Of a stretch of 64,000 nucleotides of DNA, positions 26,555 through 40,652 are shown piece after piece. The notes beneath the pieces were generated by a model that saw only the letters and a list, made by a program, of their open reading frames with translations, was not told the DNA's origin and ran no database searches. The stretch's first letter is position 1. Every line of letters begins with the position of its first letter. A program made the translations under genes and the position numbers. The DNA lies in the NCBI GenBank assembly GCA_030390025.1, contig CM059433.1:5952001-6016000 (forward strand), given 5' to 3'. This DNA comes from Squalus acanthias. Taxonomy: Eukaryota.

Positions 26555-27047
26555 GCGCTGTGTACTCACCCGTCAGGCCGCCTGAAGTGCTGGTTTCCTG
26601 CATGCAGTGCGCATGCGCGGGCAACTGGAACTTCCGGTCTCGTGAAGGGAGGGGTTCAGATGTGAACCGCGTGCACAGGAGAGGCTGCGCGCATGCAGGG
26701 AACTTAGGTTTTTTTTCAGGTTTCTCCGGGAAGGTAAGTATGGAAGAAGCTGCGCTTTTAAAAAGGAGGCGCAGGACCCGTTTTTAACAAGGTAAGTGGT
26801 TAATTAATTACAATTTAAAAACATTTTCAACAGATTTATCTTTTTTAGATACTTTAAAGAAAGGTAAGTTTATTTTTAGCACTCTTAAAAAGTACTTTAA
26901 TTTTTTCAAAAATTAAAATTTTTGTTTTAAGTAGTTAATTTATTTAACTTATAGTTATTTTAAAAATGTGATGGTTTTTTAAAAAATGTATTTGAAGTTT
27001 AGGTGTTGTTTTGGGGCCGATTTCAATTCATAGATTTGACAGGTCTT
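26555..27047. mobile_element. TIR element internal part, unit 6 (left TIR deleted)
   Basis: Starts at GCGCTGTGTACTCACCCG. Confidence 0.7.
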
Positions 27048-28146
27048 GGTTGGCGGACAGAAAGCAGAGAGTAGGAATTAATGGGTCTTTTTCCAAATGG
27101 CAAGTAGTGACTAGTGGGGTACCGCAGGGATCGGTCCTTGGACCCCAGCTATTCACAATATACATTAATGATCTAGATAAGGGAACTAAATGTAATATCT
27201 CCAAGTTTGCAGATGACACAAAGCTGGGTGGGAGTGTGTGCTGCGAGGAGGATACCGAGAAACTCCAGGATGATTTGGACAGGTTGGGTGATTGGGCAGA
27301 AGTGTGGCAGATGCAATATAACGTGGATAAATGCGAGGTTATCCACTTTGGTGTCAAAAACAGAAAGGCAGACTATTATCTGAATGGCAATAGATTGGGA
27401 GAAGGGGAAGTGCAACGAGACCTGGGTGTCCTTGTGCACCAGTCGCTGAAAGTAAGCATGCAGGTGCAGCAGGCGGTGAAGAAGGCAAATGGTATGTTGG
27501 CCTTCATAGCGAAAGGGTTTGAGTATAGGAACAGGGATGTCCTGCTGCAGTTGTACAGGGCCTTGGTGAGACCACACCTTGAGTACTGTGTGCAGTTTTG
27601 GTCGCCTTATCTGAGGAAGGATGTTCTTGCCATGGAAGGAGTTCAGCGAAGATTCACAAGGCTGATACCTGGGATGGCAGGAATGACATATGAGGAGAGA
27701 TTGGGTCGATTGGGCTTATACTCGCTGGAGTATAGAAGAATGAGAGGGGATCTCATCGAAACATATAAAATTCTGACAGGTCTGGACAAACTAGATGCAG
27801 GAAGAATGTTCCCGATGGTCGGAGAGTCCAGAACCAGGGGTCATAATCTAAGGATAAGGGGTAAGCCATTTAGGACAGAAATGAGGAAGAATTTCTTCAC
27901 CCAGAGAGTGGTGAACCTGTGGCATTCTCTACCACAGAAGGTAGTTGAGGCCAAGTCATTAAATATATTCAAGAATGAGTTAGATATATTTCTTAAAGCT
28001 AAAGGTATCAAGGGATATGGGGAGAAGGCAGGTACAGGGTACTGAGTTTGGATGATCAGCCATGATCTCATCGAATGGCGGAGCAGGCTCGAGGGGCCGA
28101 ATGGCCTACTCCTGCTCCTATCTTCTATGTTTCTATGTTTCTATGT
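27048..28146 (+). mobile_element. CR1 copy A, unit 6
   Basis: ORF 27011-28045. Confidence 0.93.
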
Positions 28147-29850
28147 CTTCACAAAGGAGGACACAAATAACCTCCCAGAGATGTCGGGGAACATAGGGTC
28201 TAATGAGAGGGAGGAACTGAATGAAATCAGTATTTGTAGGGAAATGGTATAAGGGAAATTGACGGGATTGAAGGCCGATAAATCCCCAGGGCCTGATAAT
28301 CTACATCCTAGGGTACTTAAGGAAGTGGCCCTAGAAATAGTAGATGCATTGCTGGTCATCTTCCAAACATCTATAGACTCTGGAACAGTTCCCATGGATT
28401 GGAGGGTAGCTAATGTAACCCCACTATTTAAAAGAGGTGGTAGAGAGAAAATGGGGAATTATAGACCGGTAAGCCTGATATCGGTAGTGGGGAAAATGCT
28501 CGAGTCCATTATAAAAGATGTAATAGCAGAGCACTTGGAAAACAGTGACAGGATCGGACAAAGTCAACATGGATTTACAAAAGGTAAATCATGCTTGACT
28601 AATCTACAGGGTGTAACTGGTAGAATAGATAAGGGAGAACCAGTACACGTGGTGTATTTGGACTTTCAGAAGGCTTTCGATAAGGTCCCGCATAAGAGAT
28701 TAGCGTGCAAAGTTAAAGCACATGGGATTGGTGGGGGTAAGGTACTGACTTGGATAGAGAACTGGTTGGCAGACAGGAAGCAAAGAGTTGGAATAAACGG
28801 GTCTTTTTCCGAGTGGCAGGCAGTGACTAGTGGGGTACCGCAGGGATCGGTGCTAGGACCCCAGCTATTCACAATATATATTAATGATCTAGACGAGGGA
28901 ACTAGATGTAATATCTCCAAGTTTGCAGACAACACAAAGCTGGGTGGGCGTATGTGCTGTGAGGAGGTTGCAGAGAAACTGCAGTATGATTTGGACAGGT
29001 TGGGTGATTGGGCAGATGCATGGCAGATGCATGGATAAATGCGAGGATATCCACTTTGGTGGCAAAAACAGGAAGGCACATTATCTGAACGGCAATAGAT
29101 TGGGAAAAGGGGAAGTGTAACGAGACCTGCGTGTCCTTGTGCACCAGTCGCTGAAGGTAAGCATGCAGGTGCAGCAGGCGGTTAAGAAGGCAAATGGTAT
29201 GTTGGCCTTCATAGCGAGAGGATTCGAGTACAGGAGCAAGGATGTCTTGCTGCAGTTGTACAGGGCCTTGGTGAGACCACACCTTGAGTGTTGTGTGCAG
29301 TTTTGGTCGCCTTATCTGAGGAAGGATGCTCTTGCCATGGAGGGAGTGCAGCGAAGATTCACCAGACTGATACCTGGGATGGCAGGAATGACGTATGAAG
29401 AGAGATTGGGTCGATTAGGCTTATATTCGCTAGAGTTTAGAAGAATGAGAGGGGATCTCATTGAAACTTATAAAATTCTAACAGGACTAGACAGACTAGA
29501 TGCAGGAAGGCTGTTCCCGATGGTGGGGGAGTCCAGAACCAAGGGTCACAGTCTAAGGATAAGGGGTAAGCCATTTAGGACTGAGAGGAGGAGGAATTTC
29601 TTCACCCAGAGAGTGGTGAACCTGTGGAATTCTCTACCACAGAAGGCAGTTGAGGCCAATTCATTAAATATCTTCAAGAAGGAGTTAGATATATTTCTTA
29701 AGGCTAAGGGGATCAAGGGATATGGGGAGAAAGCAGGGACAGGGTACTGAATTTGGATGATCAGCCATGATCACATTGAATGGCGGAGCAGGCTCGAGGG
29801 GCCGAATGGCCTACTCCTGCTCCTATCTTCTATGTTTCTATGTTTCTATG
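28147..29850 (+). mobile_element. CR1 copy B, unit 6
   Basis: ORFs 28259-29038 and 29139-29750. Confidence 0.93.
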
Positions 29851-31085
29851 ACAGTCACTCTCACCTCACCTCTGGAATTCAGCTCTTTTGTCCATGTTTG
29901 GACCAAGGCTGTAATGCGGTCAGGAGCCAAGTGGTCCTGACGGAAACCAAACTGGTCATCGGTGAGCTGGTTATTTGTGCCTTTGTTAGTGCCGCTTGAT
30001 AGCATTGTCGATGACAGCTTCCATCACTTTGCTGATGATGGAGAGATGGCTGATGGGATGGTAACGGGCTGTCGGATTAGTCCAGCTTTTTGTGGACTGT
30101 ACATACCTGGCCAATTTACCACTTTGTCGGGGAGATGCCAGTACGGGAGCAGCTTGGATAGTGTTGCAGCTAGTTCTGGACACAGGTCTTCAGCACTGCA
30201 GCCACGATGTTGTCAGAACCCATAGCCTTTGCTGTATCCAGTGCGCTGTACCGTTCTTGATATCACGTGGAGTGAAGTGAATTAGCTGAAGACTGGCTTC
30301 TGTGAGGGTGGGACCTCAGGAGCAGGCTGAGATCATCATCCCCTTGGCACTTGTGACTGAAGATGGTTGCGAAGGCTTCAGCCTTGTCTTTTTCACTCAG
30401 GTGCTGTGCTCCGCCATCATTGAGGATGTGGATGTTCAAGGAGCCTCCTCCTCCCGTTAGTTGTTTAATTGTCCATCACCATTCCCGACTGGATGTGACA
30501 GGACTGCAGAGCTTTGATCTGATCCATTGGGTGTGGGATCGCTTAGCTCTGTCTATAGCACGCTGCCTCCGCTGTTTAACATGCATATAGTCCTGTGTTG
30601 TAGCTTCAGCAAGTTGGTTTCTGATTTTCTGATACACCTGGTGCAGCTCCTGGAATGCTCTTCAACACTCCTTATTGAACCAGGGCTGGTTTGATGGTAA
30701 TGGTAGAATGAGGGATATACCAGGCCATGAGTTTACAGATTATGGTGGAATACAATTCTGTTGCTGCTGATGGCCCACAGCACCTCATGGATGCCCAGTT
30801 TTGAGCTGCTAGATGTGTTCTTAATCTATCCCATTCAGCACAGTGGTAGGGCACACAACACGATGAAGGGGTGTCCTCAGTGACTCGGTAGTACCATGAT
30901 TGTCCAAGCTGGCTGAGTCCTGAAGGACATAGCAGCCAGACTGACTCACGGCAGGTGGTGAGAGAACAAACACGAGCCTCTACCGAGCAACACTTGGTGA
31001 GGGACATTGAAGTCCCCCACCCAGAGTACATTCTGTGCATCAGCAGCCACAGTGCGCCGGAGGAGGAGGGAGTAAATGTTTAAGA
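29851..31085 (-). mobile_element. LINE family L fragment, unit 7 (short form)
   Basis: Same deletion junction as unit 6. Confidence 0.85.
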
Positions 31086-31089
31086 AGAT

Positions 31090-31582
31090 GCGCTGTGTAC
31101 TCACCCGTCAGGCCGCCTGAAGTGCTGGTTTCCTGCATGCAGTGCGCATGCGCGGGCAACTGGAACTTCCGGTCTCGTGAAGGGAGGGGTTCAGATGTGA
31201 ACCGCGTGCACAGGAGAGGCTGCGCGCATGCAGGGAACTTAGGTTTTTTTTCAGGTTTCTCCGGGAAGGTAAGTATGGAAGAAGCTGCGCTTTTAAAAAG
31301 GAGGCGCAGGACCCGTTTTTAACAAGGTAAGTGGTTAATTAATTACAATTTAAAAACATTTTCAACAGATTTATCTTTTTTAGATACTTTAAAGAAAGGT
31401 AAGTTTATTTTTAGCACTCTTAAAAAGTACTTTAATTTTTTCAAAAATTAAAATTTTTGTTTTAAGTAGTTAATTTATTTAACTTATAGTTATTTTAAAA
31501 ATGTGATGGTTTTTTAAAAAATGTATTTGAAGTTTAGGTGTTGTTTTGGGGCCGATTTCAATTCATAGATTTGACAGGTCTT
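31090..31582. mobile_element. TIR element internal part, unit 7
   Basis: As unit 6. Confidence 0.7.
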
Positions 31583-32681
31583 GGTTGGCGGACAGAAAGC
31601 AGAGAGTAGGAATTAATGGGTCTTTTTCCAAATGGCAAGTAGTGACTAGTGGGGTACCGCAGGGATCGGTCCTTGGACCCCAGCTATTCACAATATACAT
31701 TAATGATCTAGATAAGGGAACTAAATGTAATATCTCCAAGTTTGCAGATGACACAAAGCTGGGTGGGAGTGTGTGCTGCGAGGAGGATACCGAGAAACTC
31801 CAGGATGATTTGGACAGGTTGGGTGATTGGGCAGAAGTGTGGCAGATGCAATATAACGTGGATAAATGCGAGGTTATCCACTTTGGTGTCAAAAACAGAA
31901 AGGCAGACTATTATCTGAATGGCAATAGATTGGGAGAAGGGGAAGTGCAACGAGACCTGGGTGTCCTTGTGCACCAGTCGCTGAAAGTAAGCATGCAGGT
32001 GCAGCAGGCGGTGAAGAAGGCAAATGGTATGTTGGCCTTCATAGCGAAAGGGTTTGAGTATAGGAACAGGGATGTCCTGCTGCAGTTGTACAGGGCCTTG
32101 GTGAGACCACACCTTGAGTACTGTGTGCAGTTTTGGTCGCCTTATCTGAGGAAGGATGTTCTTGCCATGGAAGGAGTTCAGCGAAGATTCACAAGGCTGA
32201 TACCTGGGATGGCAGGAATGACATATGAGGAGAGATTGGGTCGATTGGGCTTATACTCGCTGGAGTATAGAAGAATGAGAGGGGATCTCATCGAAACATA
32301 TAAAATTCTGACAGGTCTGGACAAACTAGATGCAGGAAGAATGTTCCCGATGGTCGGAGAGTCCAGAACCAGGGGTCATAATCTAAGGATAAGGGGTAAG
32401 CCATTTAGGACAGAAATGAGGAAGAATTTCTTCACCCAGAGAGTGGTGAACCTGTGGCATTCTCTACCACAGAAGGTAGTTGAGGCCAAGTCATTAAATA
32501 TATTCAAGAATGAGTTAGATATATTTCTTAAAGCTAAAGGTATCAAGGGATATGGGGAGAAGGCAGGTACAGGGTACTGAGTTTGGATGATCAGCCATGA
32601 TCTCATCGAATGGCGGAGCAGGCTCGAGGGGCCGAATGGCCTACTCCTGCTCCTATCTTCTATGTTTCTATGTTTCTATGT
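31583..32681 (+). mobile_element. CR1 copy A, unit 7
   Basis: ORF 31546-32580. Confidence 0.93.
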
Positions 32682-34385
32682 CTTCACAAAGGAGGACACA
32701 AATAACCTCCCAGAGATGTCGGGGAACATAGGGTCTAATGAGAGGGAGGAACTGAATGAAATCAGTATTTGTAGGGAAATGGTATAAGGGAAATTGACGG
32801 GATTGAAGGCCGATAAATCCCCAGGGCCTGATAATCTACATCCTAGGGTACTTAAGGAAGTGGCCCTAGAAATAGTAGATGCATTGCTGGTCATCTTCCA
32901 AACATCTATAGACTCTGGAACAGTTCCCATGGATTGGAGGGTAGCTAATGTAACCCCACTATTTAAAAGAGGTGGTAGAGAGAAAATGGGGAATTATAGA
33001 CCGGTAAGCCTGATATCGGTAGTGGGGAAAATGCTCGAGTCCATTATAAAAGATGTAATAGCAGAGCACTTGGAAAACAGTGACAGGATCGGACAAAGTC
33101 AACATGGATTTACAAAAGGTAAATCATGCTTGACTAATCTACAGGGTGTAACTGGTAGAATAGATAAGGGAGAACCAGTACACGTGGTGTATTTGGACTT
33201 TCAGAAGGCTTTCGATAAGGTCCCGCATAAGAGATTAGCGTGCAAAGTTAAAGCACATGGGATTGGTGGGGGTAAGGTACTGACTTGGATAGAGAACTGG
33301 TTGGCAGACAGGAAGCAAAGAGTTGGAATAAACGGGTCTTTTTCCGAGTGGCAGGCAGTGACTAGTGGGGTACCGCAGGGATCGGTGCTAGGACCCCAGC
33401 TATTCACAATATATATTAATGATCTAGACGAGGGAACTAGATGTAATATCTCCAAGTTTGCAGACAACACAAAGCTGGGTGGGCGTATGTGCTGTGAGGA
33501 GGTTGCAGAGAAACTGCAGTATGATTTGGACAGGTTGGGTGATTGGGCAGATGCATGGCAGATGCATGGATAAATGCGAGGATATCCACTTTGGTGGCAA
33601 AAACAGGAAGGCACATTATCTGAACGGCAATAGATTGGGAAAAGGGGAAGTGTAACGAGACCTGCGTGTCCTTGTGCACCAGTCGCTGAAGGTAAGCATG
33701 CAGGTGCAGCAGGCGGTTAAGAAGGCAAATGGTATGTTGGCCTTCATAGCGAGAGGATTCGAGTACAGGAGCAAGGATGTCTTGCTGCAGTTGTACAGGG
33801 CCTTGGTGAGACCACACCTTGAGTGTTGTGTGCAGTTTTGGTCGCCTTATCTGAGGAAGGATGCTCTTGCCATGGAGGGAGTGCAGCGAAGATTCACCAG
33901 ACTGATACCTGGGATGGCAGGAATGACGTATGAAGAGAGATTGGGTCGATTAGGCTTATATTCGCTAGAGTTTAGAAGAATGAGAGGGGATCTCATTGAA
34001 ACTTATAAAATTCTAACAGGACTAGACAGACTAGATGCAGGAAGGCTGTTCCCGATGGTGGGGGAGTCCAGAACCAAGGGTCACAGTCTAAGGATAAGGG
34101 GTAAGCCATTTAGGACTGAGAGGAGGAGGAATTTCTTCACCCAGAGAGTGGTGAACCTGTGGAATTCTCTACCACAGAAGGCAGTTGAGGCCAATTCATT
34201 AAATATCTTCAAGAAGGAGTTAGATATATTTCTTAAGGCTAAGGGGATCAAGGGATATGGGGAGAAAGCAGGGACAGGGTACTGAATTTGGATGATCAGC
34301 CATGATCACATTGAATGGCGGAGCAGGCTCGAGGGGCCGAATGGCCTACTCCTGCTCCTATCTTCTATGTTTCTATGTTTCTATG
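32682..34385 (+). mobile_element. CR1 copy B, unit 7
   Basis: ORFs 32794-33573 and 33674-34285. Confidence 0.93.
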
Positions 34386-35620
34386 ACAGTCACTCTCACC
34401 TCACCTCTGGAATTCAGCTCTTTTGTCCATGTTTGGACCAAGGCTGTAATGCGGTCAGGAGCCAAGTGGTCCTGACGGAAACCAAACTGGTCATCGGTGA
34501 GCTGGTTATTTGTGCCTTTGTTAGTGCCGCTTGATAGCATTGTCGATGACAGCTTCCATCACTTTGCTGATGATGGAGAGATGGCTGATGGGATGGTAAC
34601 GGGCTGTCGGATTAGTCCAGCTTTTTGTGGACTGTACATACCTGGCCAATTTACCACTTTGTCGGGGAGATGCCAGTACGGGAGCAGCTTGGATAGTGTT
34701 GCAGCTAGTTCTGGACACAGGTCTTCAGCACTGCAGCCACGATGTTGTCAGAACCCATAGCCTTTGCTGTATCCAGTGCGCTGTACCGTTCTTGATATCA
34801 CGTGGAGTGAAGTGAATTAGCTGAAGACTGGCTTCTGTGAGGGTGGGACCTCAGGAGCAGGCTGAGATCATCATCCCCTTGGCACTTGTGACTGAAGATG
34901 GTTGCGAAGGCTTCAGCCTTGTCTTTTTCACTCAGGTGCTGTGCTCCGCCATCATTGAGGATGTGGATGTTCAAGGAGCCTCCTCCTCCCGTTAGTTGTT
35001 TAATTGTCCATCACCATTCCCGACTGGATGTGACAGGACTGCAGAGCTTTGATCTGATCCATTGGGTGTGGGATCGCTTAGCTCTGTCTATAGCACGCTG
35101 CCTCCGCTGTTTAACATGCATATAGTCCTGTGTTGTAGCTTCAGCAAGTTGGTTTCTGATTTTCTGATACACCTGGTGCAGCTCCTGGAATGCTCTTCAA
35201 CACTCCTTATTGAACCAGGGCTGGTTTGATGGTAATGGTAGAATGAGGGATATACCAGGCCATGAGTTTACAGATTATGGTGGAATACAATTCTGTTGCT
35301 GCTGATGGCCCACAGCACCTCATGGATGCCCAGTTTTGAGCTGCTAGATGTGTTCTTAATCTATCCCATTCAGCACAGTGGTAGGGCACACAACACGATG
35401 AAGGGGTGTCCTCAGTGACTCGGTAGTACCATGATTGTCCAAGCTGGCTGAGTCCTGAAGGACATAGCAGCCAGACTGACTCACGGCAGGTGGTGAGAGA
35501 ACAAACACGAGCCTCTACCGAGCAACACTTGGTGAGGGACATTGAAGTCCCCCACCCAGAGTACATTCTGTGCATCAGCAGCCACAGTGCGCCGGAGGAG
35601 GAGGGAGTAAATGTTTAAGA
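34386..35620 (-). mobile_element. LINE family L fragment, unit 8 (short form)
   Basis: Same deletion junction as unit 6. Confidence 0.85.
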
Positions 35621-35624
35621 AGAT

Positions 35625-36117
35625 GCGCTGTGTACTCACCCGTCAGGCCGCCTGAAGTGCTGGTTTCCTGCATGCAGTGCGCATGCGCGGGCAACTGGAA
35701 CTTCCGGTCTCGTGAAGGGAGGGGTTCAGATGTGAACCGCGTGCACAGGAGAGGCTGCGCGCATGCAGGGAACTTAGGTTTTTTTTCAGGTTTCTCCGGG
35801 AAGGTAAGTATGGAAGAAGCTGCGCTTTTAAAAAGGAGGCGCAGGACCCGTTTTTAACAAGGTAAGTGGTTAATTAATTACAATTTAAAAACATTTTCAA
35901 CAGATTTATCTTTTTTAGATACTTTAAAGAAAGGTAAGTTTATTTTTAGCACTCTTAAAAAGTACTTTAATTTTTTCAAAAATTAAAATTTTTGTTTTAA
36001 GTAGTTAATTTATTTAACTTATAGTTATTTTAAAAATGTGATGGTTTTTTAAAAAATGTATTTGAAGTTTAGGTGTTGTTTTGGGGCCGATTTCAATTCA
36101 TAGATTTGACAGGTCTT
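35625..36117. mobile_element. TIR element internal part, unit 8
   Basis: As unit 6. Confidence 0.7.
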
Positions 36118-37216
36118 GGTTGGCGGACAGAAAGCAGAGAGTAGGAATTAATGGGTCTTTTTCCAAATGGCAAGTAGTGACTAGTGGGGTACCGCAGGGA
36201 TCGGTCCTTGGACCCCAGCTATTCACAATATACATTAATGATCTAGATAAGGGAACTAAATGTAATATCTCCAAGTTTGCAGATGACACAAAGCTGGGTG
36301 GGAGTGTGTGCTGCGAGGAGGATACCGAGAAACTCCAGGATGATTTGGACAGGTTGGGTGATTGGGCAGAAGTGTGGCAGATGCAATATAACGTGGATAA
36401 ATGCGAGGTTATCCACTTTGGTGTCAAAAACAGAAAGGCAGACTATTATCTGAATGGCAATAGATTGGGAGAAGGGGAAGTGCAACGAGACCTGGGTGTC
36501 CTTGTGCACCAGTCGCTGAAAGTAAGCATGCAGGTGCAGCAGGCGGTGAAGAAGGCAAATGGTATGTTGGCCTTCATAGCGAAAGGGTTTGAGTATAGGA
36601 ACAGGGATGTCCTGCTGCAGTTGTACAGGGCCTTGGTGAGACCACACCTTGAGTACTGTGTGCAGTTTTGGTCGCCTTATCTGAGGAAGGATGTTCTTGC
36701 CATGGAAGGAGTTCAGCGAAGATTCACAAGGCTGATACCTGGGATGGCAGGAATGACATATGAGGAGAGATTGGGTCGATTGGGCTTATACTCGCTGGAG
36801 TATAGAAGAATGAGAGGGGATCTCATCGAAACATATAAAATTCTGACAGGTCTGGACAAACTAGATGCAGGAAGAATGTTCCCGATGGTCGGAGAGTCCA
36901 GAACCAGGGGTCATAATCTAAGGATAAGGGGTAAGCCATTTAGGACAGAAATGAGGAAGAATTTCTTCACCCAGAGAGTGGTGAACCTGTGGAATTCTCT
37001 ACCACAGAAGGTAGTTGAGGCCAAGTCATTAAATATATTCAAGAATGAGTTAGATATATTTCTTAAAGCTAAAGGTATCAAGGGATATGGGGAGAAGGCA
37101 GGTACAGGGTACTGAGTTTGGATGATCAGCCATGATCTCATCGAATGGCGGAGCAGGCTCGAGGGGCCGAATGGCCTACTCCTGCTCCTATCTTCTATGT
37201 TTCTATGTTTCTATGT
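36118..37216 (+). mobile_element. CR1 copy A, unit 8
   Basis: ORF 36081-37115. Confidence 0.93.
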
Positions 37217-38920
37217 CTTCACAAAGGAGGACACAAATAACCTCCCAGAGATGTCGGGGAACATAGGGTCTAATGAGAGGGAGGAACTGAATGAAATCAG
37301 TATTTGTAGGGAAATGGTATAAGGGAAATTGACGGGATTGAAGGCCGATAAATCCCCAGGGCCTGATAATCTACATCCTAGGGTACTTAAGGAAGTGGCC
37401 CTAGAAATAGTAGATGCATTGCTGGTCATCTTCCAAACATCTATAGACTCTGGAACAGTTCCCATGGATTGGAGGGTAGCTAATGTAACCCCACTATTTA
37501 AAAGAGGTGGTAGAGAGAAAATGGGGAATTATAGACCGGTAAGCCTGATATCGGTAGTGGGGAAAATGCTCGAGTCCATTATAAAAGATGTAATAGCAGA
37601 GCACTTGGAAAACAGTGACAGGATCGGACAAAGTCAACATGGATTTACAAAAGGTAAATCATGCTTGACTAATCTACAGGGTGTAACTGGTAGAATAGAT
37701 AAGGGAGAACCAGTACACGTGGTGTATTTGGACTTTCAGAAGGCTTTCGATAAGGTCCCGCATAAGAGATTAGCGTGCAAAGTTAAAGCACATGGGATTG
37801 GTGGGGGTAAGGTACTGACTTGGATAGAGAACTGGTTGGCAGACAGGAAGCAAAGAGTTGGAATAAACGGGTCTTTTTCCGAGTGGCAGGCAGTGACTAG
37901 TGGGGTACCGCAGGGATCGGTGCTAGGACCCCAGCTATTCACAATATATATTAATGATCTAGACGAGGGAACTAGATGTAATATCTCCAAGTTTGCAGAC
38001 AACACAAAGCTGGGTGGGCGTATGTGCTGTGAGGAGGTTGCAGAGAAACTGCAGTATGATTTGGACAGGTTGGGTGATTGGGCAGATGCATGGCAGATGC
38101 ATGGATAAATGCGAGGATATCCACTTTGGTGGCAAAAACAGGAAGGCACATTATCTGAACGGCAATAGATTGGGAAAAGGGGAAGTGTAACGAGACCTGC
38201 GTGTCCTTGTGCACCAGTCGCTGAAGGTAAGCATGCAGGTGCAGCAGGCGGTTAAGAAGGCAAATGGTATGTTGGCCTTCATAGCGAGAGGATTCGAGTA
38301 CAGGAGCAAGGATGTCTTGCTGCAGTTGTACAGGGCCTTGGTGAGACCACACCTTGAGTGTTGTGTGCAGTTTTGGTCGCCTTATCTGAGGAAGGATGCT
38401 CTTGCCATGGAGGGAGTGCAGCGAAGATTCACCAGACTGATACCTGGGATGGCAGGAATGACGTATGAAGAGAGATTGGGTCGATTAGGCTTATATTCGC
38501 TAGAGTTTAGAAGAATGAGAGGGGATCTCATTGAAACTTATAAAATTCTAACAGGACTAGACAGACTAGATGCAGGAAGGCTGTTCCCGATGGTGGGGGA
38601 GTCCAGAACCAAGGGTCACAGTCTAAGGATAAGGGGTAAGCCATTTAGGACTGAGAGGAGGAGGAATTTCTTCACCCAGAGAGTGGTGAACCTGTGGAAT
38701 TCTCTACCACAGAAGGCAGTTGAGGCCAATTCATTAAATATCTTCAAGAAGGAGTTAGATATATTTCTTAAGGCTAAGGGGATCAAGGGATATGGGGAGA
38801 AAGCAGGGACAGGGTACTGAATTTGGATGATCAGCCATGATCACATTGAATGGCGGAGCAGGCTCGAGGGGCCGAATGGCCTACTCCTGCTCCTATCTTC
38901 TATGTTTCTATGTTTCTATG
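37217..38920 (+). mobile_element. CR1 copy B, unit 8
   Basis: ORFs 37329-38108 and 38209-38820. Confidence 0.93.
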
Positions 38921-40155
38921 ACAGTCACTCTCACCTCACCTCTGGAATTCAGCTCTTTTGTCCATGTTTGGACCAAGGCTGTAATGCGGTCAGGAGCCAA
39001 GTGGTCCTGACGGAAACCAAACTGGTCATCGGTGAGCTGGTTATTTGTGCCTTTGTTAGTGCCGCTTGATAGCATTGTCGATGACAGCTTCCATCACTTT
39101 GCTGATGATGGAGAGATGGCTGATGGGATGGTAACGGGCTGTCGGATTAGTCCAGCTTTTTGTGGACTGTACATACCTGGCCAATTTACCACTTTGTCGG
39201 GGAGATGCCAGTACGGGAGCAGCTTGGATAGTGTTGCAGCTAGTTCTGGACACAGGTCTTCAGCACTGCAGCCACGATGTTGTCAGAACCCATAGCCTTT
39301 GCTGTATCCAGTGCGCTGTACCGTTCTTGATATCACGTGGAGTGAAGTGAATTAGCTGAAGACTGGCTTCTGTGAGGGTGGGACCTCAGGAGCAGGCTGA
39401 GATCATCATCCCCTTGGCACTTGTGACTGAAGATGGTTGCGAAGGCTTCAGCCTTGTCTTTTTCACTCAGGTGCTGTGCTCCGCCATCATTGAGGATGTG
39501 GATGTTCAAGGAGCCTCCTCCTCCCGTTAGTTGTTTAATTGTCCATCACCATTCCCGACTGGATGTGACAGGACTGCAGAGCTTTGATCTGATCCATTGG
39601 GTGTGGGATCGCTTAGCTCTGTCTATAGCACGCTGCCTCCGCTGTTTAACATGCATATAGTCCTGTGTTGTAGCTTCAGCAAGTTGGTTTCTGATTTTCT
39701 GATACACCTGGTGCAGCTCCTGGAATGCTCTTCAACACTCCTTATTGAACCAGGGCTGGTTTGATGGTAATGGTAGAATGAGGGATATACCAGGCCATGA
39801 GTTTACAGATTATGGTGGAATACAATTCTGTTGCTGCTGATGGCCCACAGCACCTCATGGATGCCCAGTTTTGAGCTGCTAGATGTGTTCTTAATCTATC
39901 CCATTCAGCACAGTGGTAGGGCACACAACACGATGAAGGGGTGTCCTCAGTGACTCGGTAGTACCATGATTGTCCAAGCTGGCTGAGTCCTGAAGGACAT
40001 AGCAGCCAGACTGACTCACGGCAGGTGGTGAGAGAACAAACACGAGCCTCTACCGAGCAACACTTGGTGAGGGACATTGAAGTCCCCCACCCAGAGTACA
40101 TTCTGTGCATCAGCAGCCACAGTGCGCCGGAGGAGGAGGGAGTAAATGTTTAAGA
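38921..40155 (-). mobile_element. LINE family L fragment, unit 9 (short form)
   Basis: Same deletion junction as unit 6. Confidence 0.85.
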
Positions 40156-40159
40156 AGAT

Positions 40160-40652
40160 GCGCTGTGTACTCACCCGTCAGGCCGCCTGAAGTGCTGGTT
40201 TCCTGCATGCAGTGCGCATGCGCGGGCAACTGGAACTTCCGGTCTCGTGAAGGGAGGGGTTCAGATGTGAACCGCGTGCACAGGAGAGGCTGCGCGCATG
40301 CAGGGAACTTAGGTTTTTTTTCAGGTTTCTCCGGGAAGGTAAGTATGGAAGAAGCTGCGCTTTTAAAAAGGAGGCGCAGGACCCGTTTTTAACAAGGTAA
40401 GTGGTTAATTAATTACAATTTAAAAACATTTTCAACAGATTTATCTTTTTTAGATACTTTAAAGAAAGGTAAGTTTATTTTTAGCACTCTTAAAAAGTAC
40501 TTTAATTTTTTCAAAAATTAAAATTTTTGTTTTAAGTAGTTAATTTATTTAACTTATAGTTATTTTAAAAATGTGATGGTTTTTTAAAAAATGTATTTGA
40601 AGTTTAGGTGTTGTTTTGGGGCCGATTTCAATTCATAGATTTGACAGGTCTT
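40160..40652. mobile_element. TIR element internal part, unit 9
   Basis: As unit 6. Confidence 0.7.
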
